This document shows, one piece after another, positions 20,201 to 34,400 of a stretch of DNA of 64,000 nucleotides. Each line of letters opens with the position of its first letter. The stretch's first letter is position 1. The DNA is taken from positions 10,254,731 through 10,318,730 of the forward strand of contig CM082592.2 in the NCBI GenBank assembly GCA_040954595.2. The letters run 5' to 3'. Made by a program: the position numbers and the translations under genes. The DNA comes from Balanoglossus misakiensis (Eukaryota > Animalia > Hemichordata). Below the pieces are notes generated by a model. It saw only the letters and a program-made list of their open reading frames with translations, searched no databases and was not told where the DNA came from.

Positions 20201-21374
20201 AATTCAGTACTCTTCAAACAACTACCAGAGTACATCATTTATCAAGAAATCATAGAGACAGGAAAACTGTATATGAGAGGTGTAACAGGTATAGAGCCAG
20301 ACTGGTTGCCAAGGTTACTCCCTCACATGTGTACATTATCAAAACCTCTTGATGAACCAGTACCTAGTTACCATGACAACACAGGGACTGTACAGTGCTA
20401 CATGACGAGTAATTTTGGTAAGTTATGTACATACATATAAACAGACCTATATAATAAGTTCTATAGAGATTTGTGGTGAATACTCCATCAAACACTCAGA
20501 TTTTCTTCAACACAGGACAATGCAATGTAATAATATGTACAGACAGATATAATTACCCAATTTCCAATCATCACAGGTCGCAATGCATGGCCCATACCAG
20601 CTGTGCAACTGGAATATCCAACCAGTATAGAGAAATACAAATGGTTTGCAAGTTTTCTGCTGGAAGGAAAGGTATTTCATTATTTCTATCTTATCATGCA
20701 ATTCATAACTGGTCTTAGCTTGAAATTTATTGAATAATGATTTCATAAAGATTGAAACAAAACTTACCTTATACTTTAAGGTAAAACTTCACTTGCATGT
20801 GCTTCAAATTGTATCCATACAGGTGATACCATCAATGAGTGATTTTGTGCCCTATCTCTTGTCATCACCAAGAACTATGGTGAAATCCTGGGCCAAGTAA
20901 GTATACAAATCAATATTAATAATATATATGCTTTGGATTTTGAAAGACAAGCAACACAAAGTCACGATTGGCAGTCAAGGCCTTGTCCACCTGTGTTTGG
21001 TGTAGTTTAATACACTTTGAGTAACTGATTTATTCATCATTTTGACAGACTACAACCAAGAACAGAAACTTTCCTCAAGGCTCTCATCCGTGAACAGGTT
21101 GATACCAAGCAGAAATTATTAGACGCTTGGGGAAAAGATGAAAAATGTAAGTCGTATGAGTGAAAAATTGAAAATAGTCACCTCTGTATATTGTCCCTGA
21201 GGAGTTTGAATTGGAGATCATCAAGCCACATCTACTGACATATTGATGCATATGTTTTAATTTCTTCACATTTTCTTCTTTGTAGATTTGCTGACTGAAT
21301 ACTGTGAATGGCTGCCGGAATCTAAGCATTCAGAAGTTATGACAAGATGGCCGCCAGTCAAGAGGAAAGACTGA
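14216..21374 (+). CDS. DHX37: DEAH-box RNA helicase DHX37 (Dhr1/kurz), multi-exon, complete
   Basis: [13 protein letters not shown]...[11 protein letters not shown]-terminus; [19 protein letters not shown]; IIDEAHERS; [13 protein letters not shown]; [23 protein letters not shown]; [20 protein letters not shown]; NFPFPTPP; last exon [28 protein letters not shown] (TGA 21372-21374). Confidence 0.96.
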
Positions 21375-21497
21375 CCTATGACCTCACAAACCCACATCGC
21401 TTCTGTTCTGTCAGACTTCTGGAACTTTACAATCAAGGTGGCAAGTCTACACTTACACCGGAGCAAACACTCAATGTATTCCTTCAAAAGAATATTT

Positions 21498-21520
21498 TTT
21501 ATTGTTTAAAAGTGAATAAA
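21498..21520. terminator. Crossed poly(A) signals for convergent INTS2 (minus) and DHX37 (plus)
   Basis: TTTATT at 21498-21503 (AATAAA on minus) and AATAAA at 21515-21520 are the first canonical hexamers downstream of each stop codon. Confidence 0.55.
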
Positions 21521-21699
21521 CGTCACCAGTAAATATTTACATCTTGTATCTCTGTGTTTGATGCTAATAGCTTTTCTATCATTTTTTATCTTCATACAAA
21601 ATCCTCAAATCAAGTAAATTTGTCACTTGATTACATACTCAGTCTTGCATCTGATGATAGGGAGGCCACTGATACAAGACCCCCTAGCACAGTGATCAT

Positions 21700-24600
21700 T
21701 TAAGACACTTTAGTATTCATCACAGCCAGACTAACAATATCTTTGAACGTTGTCTGTACTGCTACTGACAATGCCATGTCTCTGTTTTTAATCTTAATGG
21801 CGCTAACACTGTCCACTGGTGGTGCATCTTTCATTTGATTATATACATTGTCCTTGTCGGCTGATGTTTCACTCTCTGCATTTAAACCTGCAAGACATAC
21901 ACAAACTACATTGTATGCAGGTTTGAAATGGCGAAACAAAAAATGGTAGCTTTACATTAACTGTCATATTGATATGATCAGAATGGCAAACATGTTTTGT
22001 CACTTACCCAAATTCTGCTGTGGTATGTTTGTAAGAACAGCGAGGTTTGAATTGCAGATTCTTCCTATCTGTTGTAACATAGAGGTGATGTCATCGTAGA
22101 GTGGTGGGAACGCTTGGCATATACGAACCAACGCTGGTAGTGTTGGAAGGAAAAACTGACTTCGTTTCTGACTTGGTAAAACTGTTGAGAAGAAATGACA
22201 GGTTGTAGTCATGCATGTATGGTTATCAATAAAATCATAATTAGTGAGTAGTAACTATAGTCCCAATTTACTGACAACTGCCAATGATCTATCTATTGCC
22301 CTGTGAAAGGAACAATTGCTTTGACAATGTACATACCTGTCAGAAGAGTTGACATGACATTCATTGACAGCCTTGCAACACTTAGTGACTTCGGAAGAGC
22401 ATATTGCAAACACAAGTATGACACAAGTTGAATTGCAAATATCTGTTTTTCCATCTGTGGTTGGCTGAGTAGTTCCGGAATGAAATCCAGACATATGTGC
22501 ATCGATGGAATTCCTGCCACGGTTACCAGTAGCAACTCGCTGTTGTAACCCTGAAAAAATCAACATGTCGTAGATTAAAGAAGATGTCATGGGACTATTA
22601 AAGAAGCATTCATTATTAACAAGTTTCTGGTACATCCATGGTTAAGTTTAAATTGAATAAAGTCAACTACTTACTTGAAAATGAACTAATTTGGCAATGT
22701 TTGGGTCAGCTATAAACATCTGATGAAGCAACGAACACACTTGGCATTGAATTTCACGCAGAACACTTGAGCTACCTTCCCTGCCCTGTAACACACAAAA
22801 AATAACACAATTATTGACTTGTAATCAACACACATGCTATTCTGATAGGACTTACATAGATTTCATATCCCTGTGACTACCCACCTTGTCTTCATCAAAG
22901 GGCAGACATATTTCCAGCAATATTTGAATGGCAGCACTGTCTTGAGTCGAAATCAGAGCATTTTTCAATTCTTCTCTCTCCACATCTGTCATCATATTAT
23001 TCGCAGTCACGTTTTCTGCTTTCTTGTTGAAGTTGACAGCAGATGATTGTAGGTGTGTTGTCAGGTAGGCCCTGGACGCAGCTAAATATGATGCCAGAAT
23101 CTTTAACACAATGTCCAATACTGGTGGACATCTAAAAGATCAAAGTTAAAGATTTAGATCGCTATAAAAATTGATTTCCTTACAAAATGACAAATTTGTA
23201 AACTGGATTGATTCTCCAGTAAGCTATCCAACAAAATTTGATATGATACAGACAGCTGTTGCTGCATGGAACTCTACTGCTACTGTATTGACCATTTCTG
23301 TAGGGACTGTATATCACACCTACCTAAAGACTCTTGGATCACACCGAAGTGCAATGAGTGGATCTACTGTAATATCCTGCTGTGTGTAAGCACTCTGTTG
23401 ATATTTATTCACCGATAATGCATTCACTGTCATCACTCGTAACCTGAAAAGGATGAATTTTGTAAGCTGCTCAGTGAATCATAGGGAGGGATACAAGTTT
23501 CAAATCTCAAGTATGTCAGTGGCGTTCTCATCAATTATATACATGTACAGGGGATTTCATTTGAGCCGAAAAATGATGGGTTGTTAACAATATCTTACTT
23601 TCTTGGCATGATAGAATTCAAACTATTCCATAATGTCACCAAAGACGTCTGTACTTTTCTCGGTATATTCTCGTCTAATAACAGCGGTAAAGATTCTACA
23701 ATGATGGTGGAAAAGTCCATGAGTTGATTGGCTGCTTGTTGAGACAGTTGATTCAGTAATATCAATGTATCTGATGGCTGGTTTTGCACATTCTCAAGGG
23801 CTGCAAGAGATAGAAATACAGATTAAGATCATTCATGTGCCATATATGGACATGCAGGTCATGTACAAAGGTCACAGGTCAACTGTACACTCATACTTCC
23901 TTTCCATAAGGTTTTAGTGATTTTTAATGATTATAACAATACCTTTCTTCAAGTCTGTTGGTGTGCAGTGTAGCCGTTTTGATGTCTGCATCACATGATG
24001 TACAATGTCTGGTCTCCCGATCAGCTCCTCTGCCAACAGATCTTCAACTTGGCACAGATGAGGATAGTGGGTTGCTAGGAGACGCAGCAGACATGGATAC
24101 AGTCCTGCGTAGTGCAGCTGCTCTTGCTGACACTGCTGGATGAGATGTTTGATGGGAATCTGTGCCAGCAGTGTGGCTGGGTATGACTTCAGTTTAATGT
24201 TGGAATTGGCTGTGATGTACAATAAAGGAATATCACAATAATCATTCATGGAAATGGATATATACATATACAATTTATTTATAAAGTCAGAGGTCTAAAC
24301 TGATCAGGTGTGAATCATAATGTTTCACTCTATCTCTGTCTGAGATATTTCACACGATTTATTGTACGGCCATCTCCACACACAATGACTTTGATTAACT
24401 ACATGTCCAAGTTGCATATTCTCCATAAACACTGACAACGACATTTGAACTTACCAACAATTTTCATATTGTTAAGCAGACAGTCTTCATACAGGAGTAT
24501 GTAATACAAAACCAGCAACTGTGGAGTCAAACTGGATTTCTGACAATCCTCCGAACTCTCCCCATCAACTTCCATGGCACTATCACTCACAGATTTGCCA

Positions 24601-27600
24601 GTTCTGATCCTGCTTTCCTGGAATACCGACATGATTTCTGATTCCTTCAGTGGGTTATTGCGGGCCTGCTCGCCCCCGCTGTGAGTCGGTTGGATGATGG
24701 AATGAACGTAGGCTTCGATGAGTGGAGGCAGCAATGGATGCAGAGGAGTGGTGCTGTTGCAGAGCTGTTTGTAAATCCAATTCTGTGTGGGAGGTCAAAG
24801 GTCAAATATTACTATCCTCAGTAGCTGACGTAACGTTCTGCTTTGCATTGTGGGTAAAATTTATCTTCTGAGAAAGGCTGGCATCAGGTTCAGAATCATG
24901 TAATTGCCATGTTGAAGGCAGACAGACAGGCATAAGTTACCAGAGGTCACAGAAGTATTCCATGTGGTATAAAGCTTATTACCTTGATTGGCACTTTGTG
25001 TTTAGAAAAAGCTCGACTCTTCAGAAGCTGGTATATACAATGGACTGGTAAGAATCCAGTGATAGAGGCATTCAGTTTGTTGGTTACAGCTACAGTGACA
25101 GCATGGGCGGTTACAACCTGTAAAATCAATTCAAATTAAGTATAAGAGAACAGCATAAACATCTTCCTCTGATCAACATGGTTGGTTATTGAATGGATGA
25201 CATAGTCTACTAGGTTAATGGCTTGTGATTGACACAGAATATTCAAATACCTGTTCAGTAAAAATTTCTTGTGTGAAAGTCAGTCTCATTCTGGCCAAGG
25301 AATTGGGCCTGACAGCAATCTGAAAGACAGAGATACAATATTTATGTATGTCATTACATTGTACAAATATACCATTATTGAGCTACCTCTCCTGGTAAAT
25401 TACTGCTTCCTTTGTGAATTGCATTTCCAGGTACTTGCGATTATCAAAGAGGGCAGCTGATTTTTGATTCTTTTCCATTAAGAATTCTTTATCATCCTTA
25501 GAGTAAAGTTTGCATAAGAGCCTACCTTCATTCCAAGTGTGGAACAAACTAAGTCGACAACTGGCTGCATCTGATTTGCATGGAAATGAATGGCCATCAA
25601 TAATAACATTTCACCGAAGGAGGCACTCACTCCACTGGCACTGAAATGTACAATAGTTTCAGGACTCAATGAATATGACTTCAGTATGTTGTAAAGGAAC
25701 ATCCAAATCCAGTCTTTATACACTTTTTTCAGCGGTTTGCTATCTTTGTAGAAAAAACACAAGACAGGTCAAAAATACCTTTCGAAGTAAGATCCTTCCT
25801 TGACAAGCCAATTCATCCAACTGATGGCAACTTTCTCTTGATCTGCAGTACTGTTTCAGAATAGTCATGAGAGAGAGAGAAAAAAGAAAATTATCTTAGC
25901 ATTGATGCCTCTTTCATCTCTAAACCAAATTTGATTGTCACGATGTAATGATTTTACAAGCTGACAATACGTTCATTCACTGACAATGTCTGTGGCCTTA
26001 CCTCATAATTGATGGACAAGCAAGGAGCATACAGAGCCCCAGTGAAACAAATCGGATTCCAGCTGGAGTTGGAGGAGGGTGTGATGTCACTAAACATAAC
26101 AGCTGCTCCGATTCCTCTTCACTAAACCTGTGGAAGACATTCAGTGATATAATATCAGTGCCACTGCCAGTGCTTGTACAGGAATTTCTAGGAGATGCAA
26201 GTGAAATTTCAAGATGCAGGAAAATAATGAGTGCACATCATGTGACTACCACATGACTTACTTCATGGTTGCAATTCCTCTAAGAGCGCAGTAGAGTCGT
26301 ATTAAAGCACTGGCTTGTACCACGTGTCTCTCTTCTATAACGCAGTGATCTTCTGATGGAATTATTGCTCCAAGTTCATCCAGTAAATGTTCTCGCAGAG
26401 CATGCAACAAAGAACTTTGAGGGTCTTTCTTCCGCTATGGAGAGAAAAAGCAAGAGTTGAGGGTTAACATTTTGTGTTTGGATGACAGGCACTACCAGAT
26501 TCTATTGCCAGAACTCAAATACAAGAAATCAAATGCTGGTGAAAATACTTACCTTTTGACCAATTCTCACAAATTGTGCTAACCACGCCCTGACAGTTGC
26601 ATTACTTCCCAGGAGCAATCCACTCACAAAGCCCACCAGATCACTGATACTGTTATCTATTTGGCCACGCTTTCCATGGTCCAGTGACAAGGCAATGGCA
26701 AGTCCAGGCAAGCGACAGTTTTCCACCTGTTCAGAGAACAGTCAGCGCACGTCAGAAAGTGACAATATAATGAAAACTAAATAAACTAATTATCAAAACA
26801 ACTAGGTGTAATGTCATGCATATTGGTCGATACTTTACCAGAAACATAAGGGAGAAGACTCCATCAAGTTGCGAGATTGGTATCACTGTCTGACTGAGAC
26901 ACATTTACCCTCAAGTGTTTGATGGCGACATACTTGCCATCACTAACCTGTCCTACTTGTTGCAAACTTACCGTCATTCCTCTGACTGTCAATGCTTGGC
27001 TGGGACACATGGAACACAGTTTCCTCAAAGTTTCCGTTCTCTTCTTCCCACCAACACTTTCCTCATCTTGGTGTTCTCCTCTGGATACCAGCATTCTACA
27101 CACTGAACGAAAATTCCTCACCAATGAGACAATTTAACATACAGGGGCATCACTTACAAGACAGCATTTTGTTCTTGAGGTAATGAAACTAAAAATCCTG
27201 CTGAAAAAGTAGAGTAGTGAAGGAAACTGCTTTGTTTGAACTATTTCTTACCTTCACTTATACTATCTGGAACATTGGCAACCAGTCGACATAACAACCA
27301 GTTTCCATTTTTCACTCTCAGCAATGCTTCAGCTGTCATAGGCATTGGAAGTAATGATGGCAGTTCTGTCAACACAGAAAATAACATTTTCATGACCCCT
27401 GCATGACCTTCACATCCTCGTACTTCAATATGAATCTATGCTTTTGATTAAAAACTCCAGGGACCACTGCTTGGGTAATGCAAAATACATCCAACATACC
27501 TGCTTGGGCAATGCATAGGACGTCTGAAACTTCCTCCAAGTAGACTTCATTTTCAAACAATTCTGAATTTCTCTGATGAAATTCTGTTGGTGTATCTTTG

Positions 27601-28406
27601 ATCTGTAACACAATATCCACATCGGATCAATTATAAAACTGAATGTAGACAATTTTGATAAATGTTCTCAGATAGATGGATAGACATAGCCATTGCCCCT
27701 TCAAGACTACATCTTTGGGGATTAATAAAACACACAAAACTGACTTACCTGGTTCATAATATACAATAACTCGCTGATGATAATCCGTAATCTCCTGGCT
27801 GGATCACTGCGTTCAAATTCTAATGCAGGACACGGCAGTGATGACAATAAACTTTCTGACTCTCCAGCCTTCTGTCTGTGATTGATTTTTAAAATTAAAA
27901 ATAAAGCTAAGTAACCAGCATATTACATCATGATACAGAGAAATATTCTGATAGCTGTACTCCCCCTGGATTTGTATTGTAATAGCTGTACAGAATACAT
28001 CCCATTCTCTGATTGATTCCTAATTTGGATAAACATGATAAAAATGATCATCTCCAGCATCATATTGACCCCTCCCCCAAACAACAACAACAAACAAAAT
28101 GATTCACAATAAGACTGCTTACCTAATATGCTGTTCTTTTCTTGCATCAACTTCTAATGCATTGAAATCAACAGACAGTAAAGCTACAATTGAGTTCACA
28201 ACTTCCATACCCGACAGAATACGCAAGATGTGTTTTCGTCCATCCACCCAATCATCACTCACGTCCAGGGGTGCACATAGGGACATACGCACAAGGCATG
28301 GCAAAAGAGGTCTCACTTCCGAGTCTGGCAGTTTGGCTATCTTATGCACGTCAACTGTTTGAATCGCTTCAAACGCTCTCGAAGAAACGTCTTGTCTACT
28401 CGTCAT
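21700..28406 (-). CDS. INTS2: Integrator complex subunit 2, multi-exon, complete
   Basis: MTSRQDVSSRAFEAIQTVDV...LLPCLVRMSLCAPLD...VNSIVALLSVDFNALEVDARKEQ; SELFENEVYLEEVSDVLCI; SFGEMLLLMAIHFHANQ; GFLPVHCIYQLLKSRAFSKHKVPIK; VAGIPSMHICLDFIPELLSQP; CQAFPPLYDD; TAA at 21700-21702. Confidence 0.97.
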
Positions 28407-28748
28407 ATTGAGATAAGTGTGAGCGGCGGAACCGCGACCGTACGGCTACGTTTCGCGAGTAAACACCACCTCACCGTTCAAGATCAACCAAGTACACTGG
28501 CAACAGTGGGGTCACACGGTTGGGGTCACGTTGGGACGCGCGCCCTCTACCGATTATCTTTTTACTTTAGGTGTCTGTCTTTCAGTTCTTTTCAATTTAT
28601 TTGACACGAAAAAAGCACATCTTTTCCGTAGATACCAAGAAAACACATTCAATTGCAATTTTTAGTCGAAAGTTAAGATTTCTCGAGAAAGACCGCAGGG
28701 ATATTTCTACTTCCGGTGCGCCTCTCTTTGGCATCCGGACAAAGCAAT
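28407..28748. promoter_or_regulatory. Probable bidirectional promoter, INTS2/MED31
   Basis: Divergent ATGs separated by 342 bp, CpG-rich. ETS motif ACTTCCGGT at 28709-28717, palindrome TTTCTCGAGAAA at 28679-28690, TGGGGTCAC twice at 28507 and 28521. Confidence 0.7.
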
Positions 28749-29997
28749 ATGGCTTCCCCAGGTGAAACAGGTTTGTTTTGTTTTGTTACAGTATGTGTCA
28801 TGTTTAATACAGAATACTGTTTTTATTCGGTTTTCTTGGCCCATATTTACAAGATTGTTCTTTTTCCGATACTGATCCCTATAGTCTCGAGCCTTAAGTA
28901 GTTCCGCATTGCACAGTGCAAGCGTAGCTCCTTGTCGCGTCAATGATCAAGTCAAGAGATATTTATCTGTCCATTACATGTAAGATGTACATTGTATTTG
29001 GTTCATGGTAATCGGTATGTACGTCAATGAGGGAAGTGGTGATATTTGACAGCATTGCAGATACCAGCCGTGTGATCTTGAGCTCTTTCATCTACCCACC
29101 TCTCTTTTCTTTGAACATAAACGACGTAGTATAGTGCGTTGAAGTTGAACTGGAACCAATGTCATGGATGAAGAGTTTTAAGTTTTTATTCATGAATATT
29201 CATATTTTTCCCAGCAGAAACAGAGGATCAGCAGAAGATGCGATTCCAAGTTGAGTTAGAATTTGTGCAATGTTTGGCTAATCCTCATTATCTTAATTGT
29301 AAGTTATTTCTCTTTTTAGAAAGATACGTCTTCCCCTGTTTTAAGAATCACCAAAAAAAATCAGATATACCAGTTTAAAGCAGAGTTGTATATTTATTCC
29401 TTTTTTACTCTCTAATTTTCAGTCCTGGCTCAGAGAGGCTACTTTAAAGACCAAAAATTTATAAATTACCTCAAGTACCTGTTATATTGGAAAGACAGTC
29501 GATATGCAAAGTTTCTCAAGTAAGTGATAGACTTTGAAATCATGTAAATGATATATATTCAAGGGCTGCTAAGGTAAATAACTTTTTACCATTGCATTGA
29601 ATACAAAAATATGTTCTTGGGACTCAGTGATGTCAAAGTACATTGCAGGCAAACATGTAACAAATTAATTTGAATTTTTGTCCACAGATTCCCGCAGTGT
29701 CTGCATTTCTTGGAACTTCTTCAGTATGACCATTTTCGTAAAGAGTTGGTCAGTGCCCAATGTGCCAAATTCATTGACGACCAACAACTTCTACAGTGGC
29801 AACACTACACTCGGAAAAGAATGAAACTACAACAGATGCACATTGAACAACTGCAGCAGCAGCAACAACAGCAGCAACCACCACCACACCAACTGCAGCA
29901 GCAACATCAACCACCGCCACCACAAATGTCACAAGTACCAATGCATCAACAGAATCTTCAACCGTTACCACCCCAGGGCCACCTTCAACCAAAGTAG
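28749..29997 (+). CDS. MED31: Mediator subunit 31 (Soh1), 4 coding exons, Q/P-rich C-terminal tail
   Basis: MASPGET | ..KMRFQVELEFVQCLANPHYLNF | LAQRGYFKDQKFINYLKYLLYWKDSRYAKFLK | FPQCLHFLELLQYDHFRKELVSAQCAKFIDDQQLLQWQHYTRKR...; splice phases consistent; TAG ends at 29997. Exon 1 is short and less certain. Confidence 0.95.
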
Positions 29998-31411
29998 CAC
30001 CAGAGTGCTACTACTATTGTAAATTATTTATATGATATCCTTTGTGTATCGAATCCACTTTCATTTTTAAGAACTGTTATATTTTTCGGAAGATAGTATT
30101 ATGTATATTAAACAGGACAACTTTTTTGTATGATTGATAAGTGACTTGAGGGCAGTACTATACATACATTGGTATATTTATTTGTCACATCACACTTTCT
30201 TGGTTCATTTTATGCAAATTAGTTTATAGCAACAATTTTGTTAAAGTGTTAAAAAGCTTGAATAAATATTTCAAACTTGAATCATGGGAATGACACTTTT
30301 TGACCTATAACCTTTGATAGAAAACTTCATCTTATGAAATCTGCTGCGAATCACTACATTATACACGTCTTGCCAAGGCTGTAGTAGGAAGATACCCAAA
30401 AATAATTGTACCATGTTATTCTTACCATTGACCCTCTAGTGTATCATTTATGAACGTTATCTGTTTTACAGATTGAAGAAACGTCCACTAAGGTTGTTTG
30501 TGATATACCATTATGATATCAACATTTCATTGTTACCATTTACTGCCATGTATCTACTGTGTATCTCAGAAATTTGTGAATTTTTTAAATAAAAGTCATA
30601 AACTTGTATCTTGATTCAAGATTATATTAACAAGTACACAAACTAAGTATAAAGGAGAACAAATGAGACACTTCAAACTGAACGGAACAAATTTATAATC
30701 ACATGTGACTATTTATTGAAACATAATTTGTATACATACCAAACAAAACAGTAAATGTACATGTAAATTACATGGAACAGTACGCTTCAAACGACTGATC
30801 GCCAGGGCTATAAATTTACCGCCCTCTAGTGGTCGCTTGCCACAATACATGTAAATGCTGACTGAGAAACAAACACTCAAAACACAGGCCACGATTTTCT
30901 TTCGTAATAAACATTCTACACACGCACTATAATACCTAGAAACGCCATGAAATATCAAGCTAATATTGTATCAAGCCATTTCAACTCACCTATTGTGCGA
31001 AGCTTGAGTTCATTTGTCAAATATTATCAAACAATTTTTAATACTGTAATAGTGACAATAGTACACCAATTGGATTTTCTTCTAAACTTTGTAGTACAAA
31101 AAAGTACTGATTGCTCAATTGCGACTTTAATAGTCTATGTGTATCTCTAAAGAAGTTCACTCCAAACAATTTCACAAACAGATTGACAAGGGGATGCTAA
31201 GTCTAACGCACACAGTTTCTTATCACACACACACTACAGCTATCAGAACCAGATGGAACTGTTTAGTCGGGGTTCTAATTAGCAAAAACTCATACTTTCT
31301 AAATGTGATTTTTCCACCATCTTCTACTTCTCATGTGACACGTCTTCAAACAAGAAACACCACTGATATTTTCCCACTTTATTTCAAGTCACACAAGACG
31401 CCACCCTGGAT

Positions 31412-34400
31412 TTACAGACTGATTTTGGTCGGCAACTCATCGGCTTCCTGGTACTCTGGTGCTGGGTCATCCTTGGGCGGCAGAGCCACTGCTTCTTCGT
31501 AGGTGGGGAAGGTAGGGGCTGTTGCCAGAGGTGGCAGTCTCCCATGGGGCTGTCCACTGGGTTTCACAGTCAAGGCTGGGTTGGTGGACGGGGTCATGTC
31601 AGTAGATGGCACAACCATGGGATGGTTGCCATGGTATATTCCAACATCCTGGCCATATCCTATGTAATTATAAAAATGTCGTTTATTATCTGGGCTTGGA
31701 ATTTCATGTTCAAGTACTTTGAGGGAACACTACCACATAAATAGGAAAAGTGCAGTCAGACTGAAGCTGTAAGCTGTTTGCAAAATTTACAGTAGAACTA
31801 CGTAGTGAATTTGAATCTCGTCCTCAAGTTTTGTAAACGCTATCACGTCCCAGGTACTACTACAAGGTTCGAGGCCACTTGGCAAGTTCTTGACTACCAT
31901 TGTCATACTTGACCAGTTACTTACCTGCAGTGACAAGAACGAACTGCCCATTGGCTCCGGGAACGATCTGCTGTCCTGGCTGTAAGACAACCACCTGTTG
32001 TGGGACCTGAAACAATCAGACGGATTTTAAATCCTTTAGTCACAATGAATGACAGCTGCGTCAGAACAAAGTGACTGATATACTAGTAATCACTTCACGT
32101 TTTTAAAAATCACGTCACGGTTCAAACTATCCATTTCAATACTATGTACTACTAGTGTCTCGTGGTGACTATTCATCAGCTTCTTTTCTATCCGTCTAAC
32201 AGTTTTGGCTTGTTTCCAGTTAAGAAAACTTAGCAGTATGTTTAGACCAATATTTGAATTGTCATTTGCCCATGCGCGATAATAACAAAGGGAGAGCAAA
32301 GAATGCCTTGCAGCCTAGTCTTGTACCTAGAATTCGTGTGAGTGGACATATGCGAAAAAACGATGTCCAGGTAACTAGACTATAAGACGCCAGACAGATG
32401 AAACTATTTGGGTGACTTACCACCTGAGAGGGCGATTTGCAAAGCCCACAGCAAGCAGTGATTGCCGATGCAAATACAAGGATGATTTCCAAGAAGGCCA
32501 GTATCATCGTGATGGAATACATGGCAATGCTGGTGTGAAAACCATCCAGCTCATCTTCATAGTGTTTGTCTTTACCACCGTCACTGTATTCGCCCATTCT
32601 GTCTTCGTCCCAATCAAACCAGGTTTCGCCATGACCTTCACCGTCTCCGTCTTCCATGTGGTCGTCGGGTCTTGGACGATTACCATGGTGACCTCCATGG
32701 TGATCTGAAAGGAATCCATCAAATGTAAACCCTTAGAAATGTTTGTGGAATAGAATGGAATAGAAAGTAGAAGTAAAGACATTTGAATAGAAACCTTTTT
32801 TAAAAAGTCTGGTACACTAGTATCCAGAAAGATTATTTACCTTCACGTTTCTTTCGATCTTGATATTCCTCGTCCTCATATTCATCGACCTCACTCTCGT
32901 CGACGTCACTTCCCCCGGATAAAATATGATCTATCCACTCCTCCCATTCTTCCTGGTCGAAGTTTCTTAAATCTTCCAGATCGATTCCCAAATCCTCAAA
33001 ACCATCCATCTCCTCGAAATTATCCGGTAAAAGCTCAACTAGCTCATCGAAGTTCTCGGGGATGTGGTCCAGCTCAAGTGCGTCGAACCATTCCTCGATA
33101 CCGGGCATTTCCTCGTGGTCCTTTTCGGACTCAGAGTAGTAGTCATCAGAGTAATAGTCACCTTCTTCGTATCCATGTAAAGCCCCAATGTCTCCGGTTA
33201 TACCGCCGATAGTCCAGGTAAATGCCGTCAGCACGACCATCACAGAGATTACACTCAGAACCAGAAAAGCAGTGAGCTAAGAAGAAAAAAAAACGACATA
33301 TCAATGAAAATAAGTTCAAAAGAAAAACTAGAAAGGAATTTCAGTGTCCAGTACAGGTCGGTATATAAAGAGAGGAAAAAGAATTAATGTCACTCTCGAA
33401 TTTCATTGTCTGTGCACGTGGCTACATTTAGGTGTACCTTCGGGCGAATCTATGGTAACCGTTATATACCTCATCGAAATCTTTGTACGTGACTGACACA
33501 AATACTTGGGCCAACACGGGAAACTTTTCATCATCGATTTTCGGAAGTCTCTATTATAAGAAGCCAAGATTCCATTGATTTTTTCTTAAGCTTTGGCTAA
33601 AAGTACATCGTTCAGGTTATTGTCATATAATTATCTTTTGAGAAAATGAACCATGAATAATACGAATCGATAAGATTATTCAAATTGCGTGCAAGTTGCC
33701 TATTACGAAAAAATAGGCTTTGTCGAAGGAACAGAAAATAATATGACATTATATAAAAATAAAAACCGGCCATTTTATAGGCTTCTTGAAGACATCTGGT
33801 GTAGGTAAATGTCTGCGAGGGCCCATTGCAAACATTGCCGACTGTGATCCAAATATTTGTACGCTAACCCAGAGCAACCCTCAATCGCCTCTTGGTTGTG
33901 AAAGAGATCACAGGCTAACATTTCTTTGGGCTCATGTTTTCCATGTTGCGTTAAAAGCAGTGTGGTCAAAGCTTATACAAGAAGGCTCTCCCATTACGCC
34001 TTCGTCACATTGTTCTCTCTTGAACAGCCCTTTGCTAAAACATGATTTTATGAATTTCGGTTCTATAATAGAAGGTGCTGATTTCCAAAGACAGGCTGAG
34101 TGGTTAAAACCTTGCCAAAATTCTTAAACGGGGTTCTCACCACAGTGAAGCACTGAGTCACCTCCATAATGACCCGTTTGGAGTTAGATCCGAAACGTAA
34201 CATTCCAGTTTTAATGTACGCAGAGTGTGCTATAGCTAATTTAATACCAGCTGTGAAAATACCCTCTTTTATAGAATTATTGGAAGAATCAAAAAACGTC
34301 TTACCCATCCGTTGGATTTGTTGCCGCATCCTGACTTGACTCCGATGGCGCCGGTAATTAGGATCTAGAAGGGATAGAATACAGTAGATAAATAGTCATA

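Noticed and set aside
33775-34329. ORFs inside intron 2 of the tetraspan gene
   Set aside because: No recognisable protein family; only 34305-34364 fits as a true exon, in a different frame from the listed ORF.
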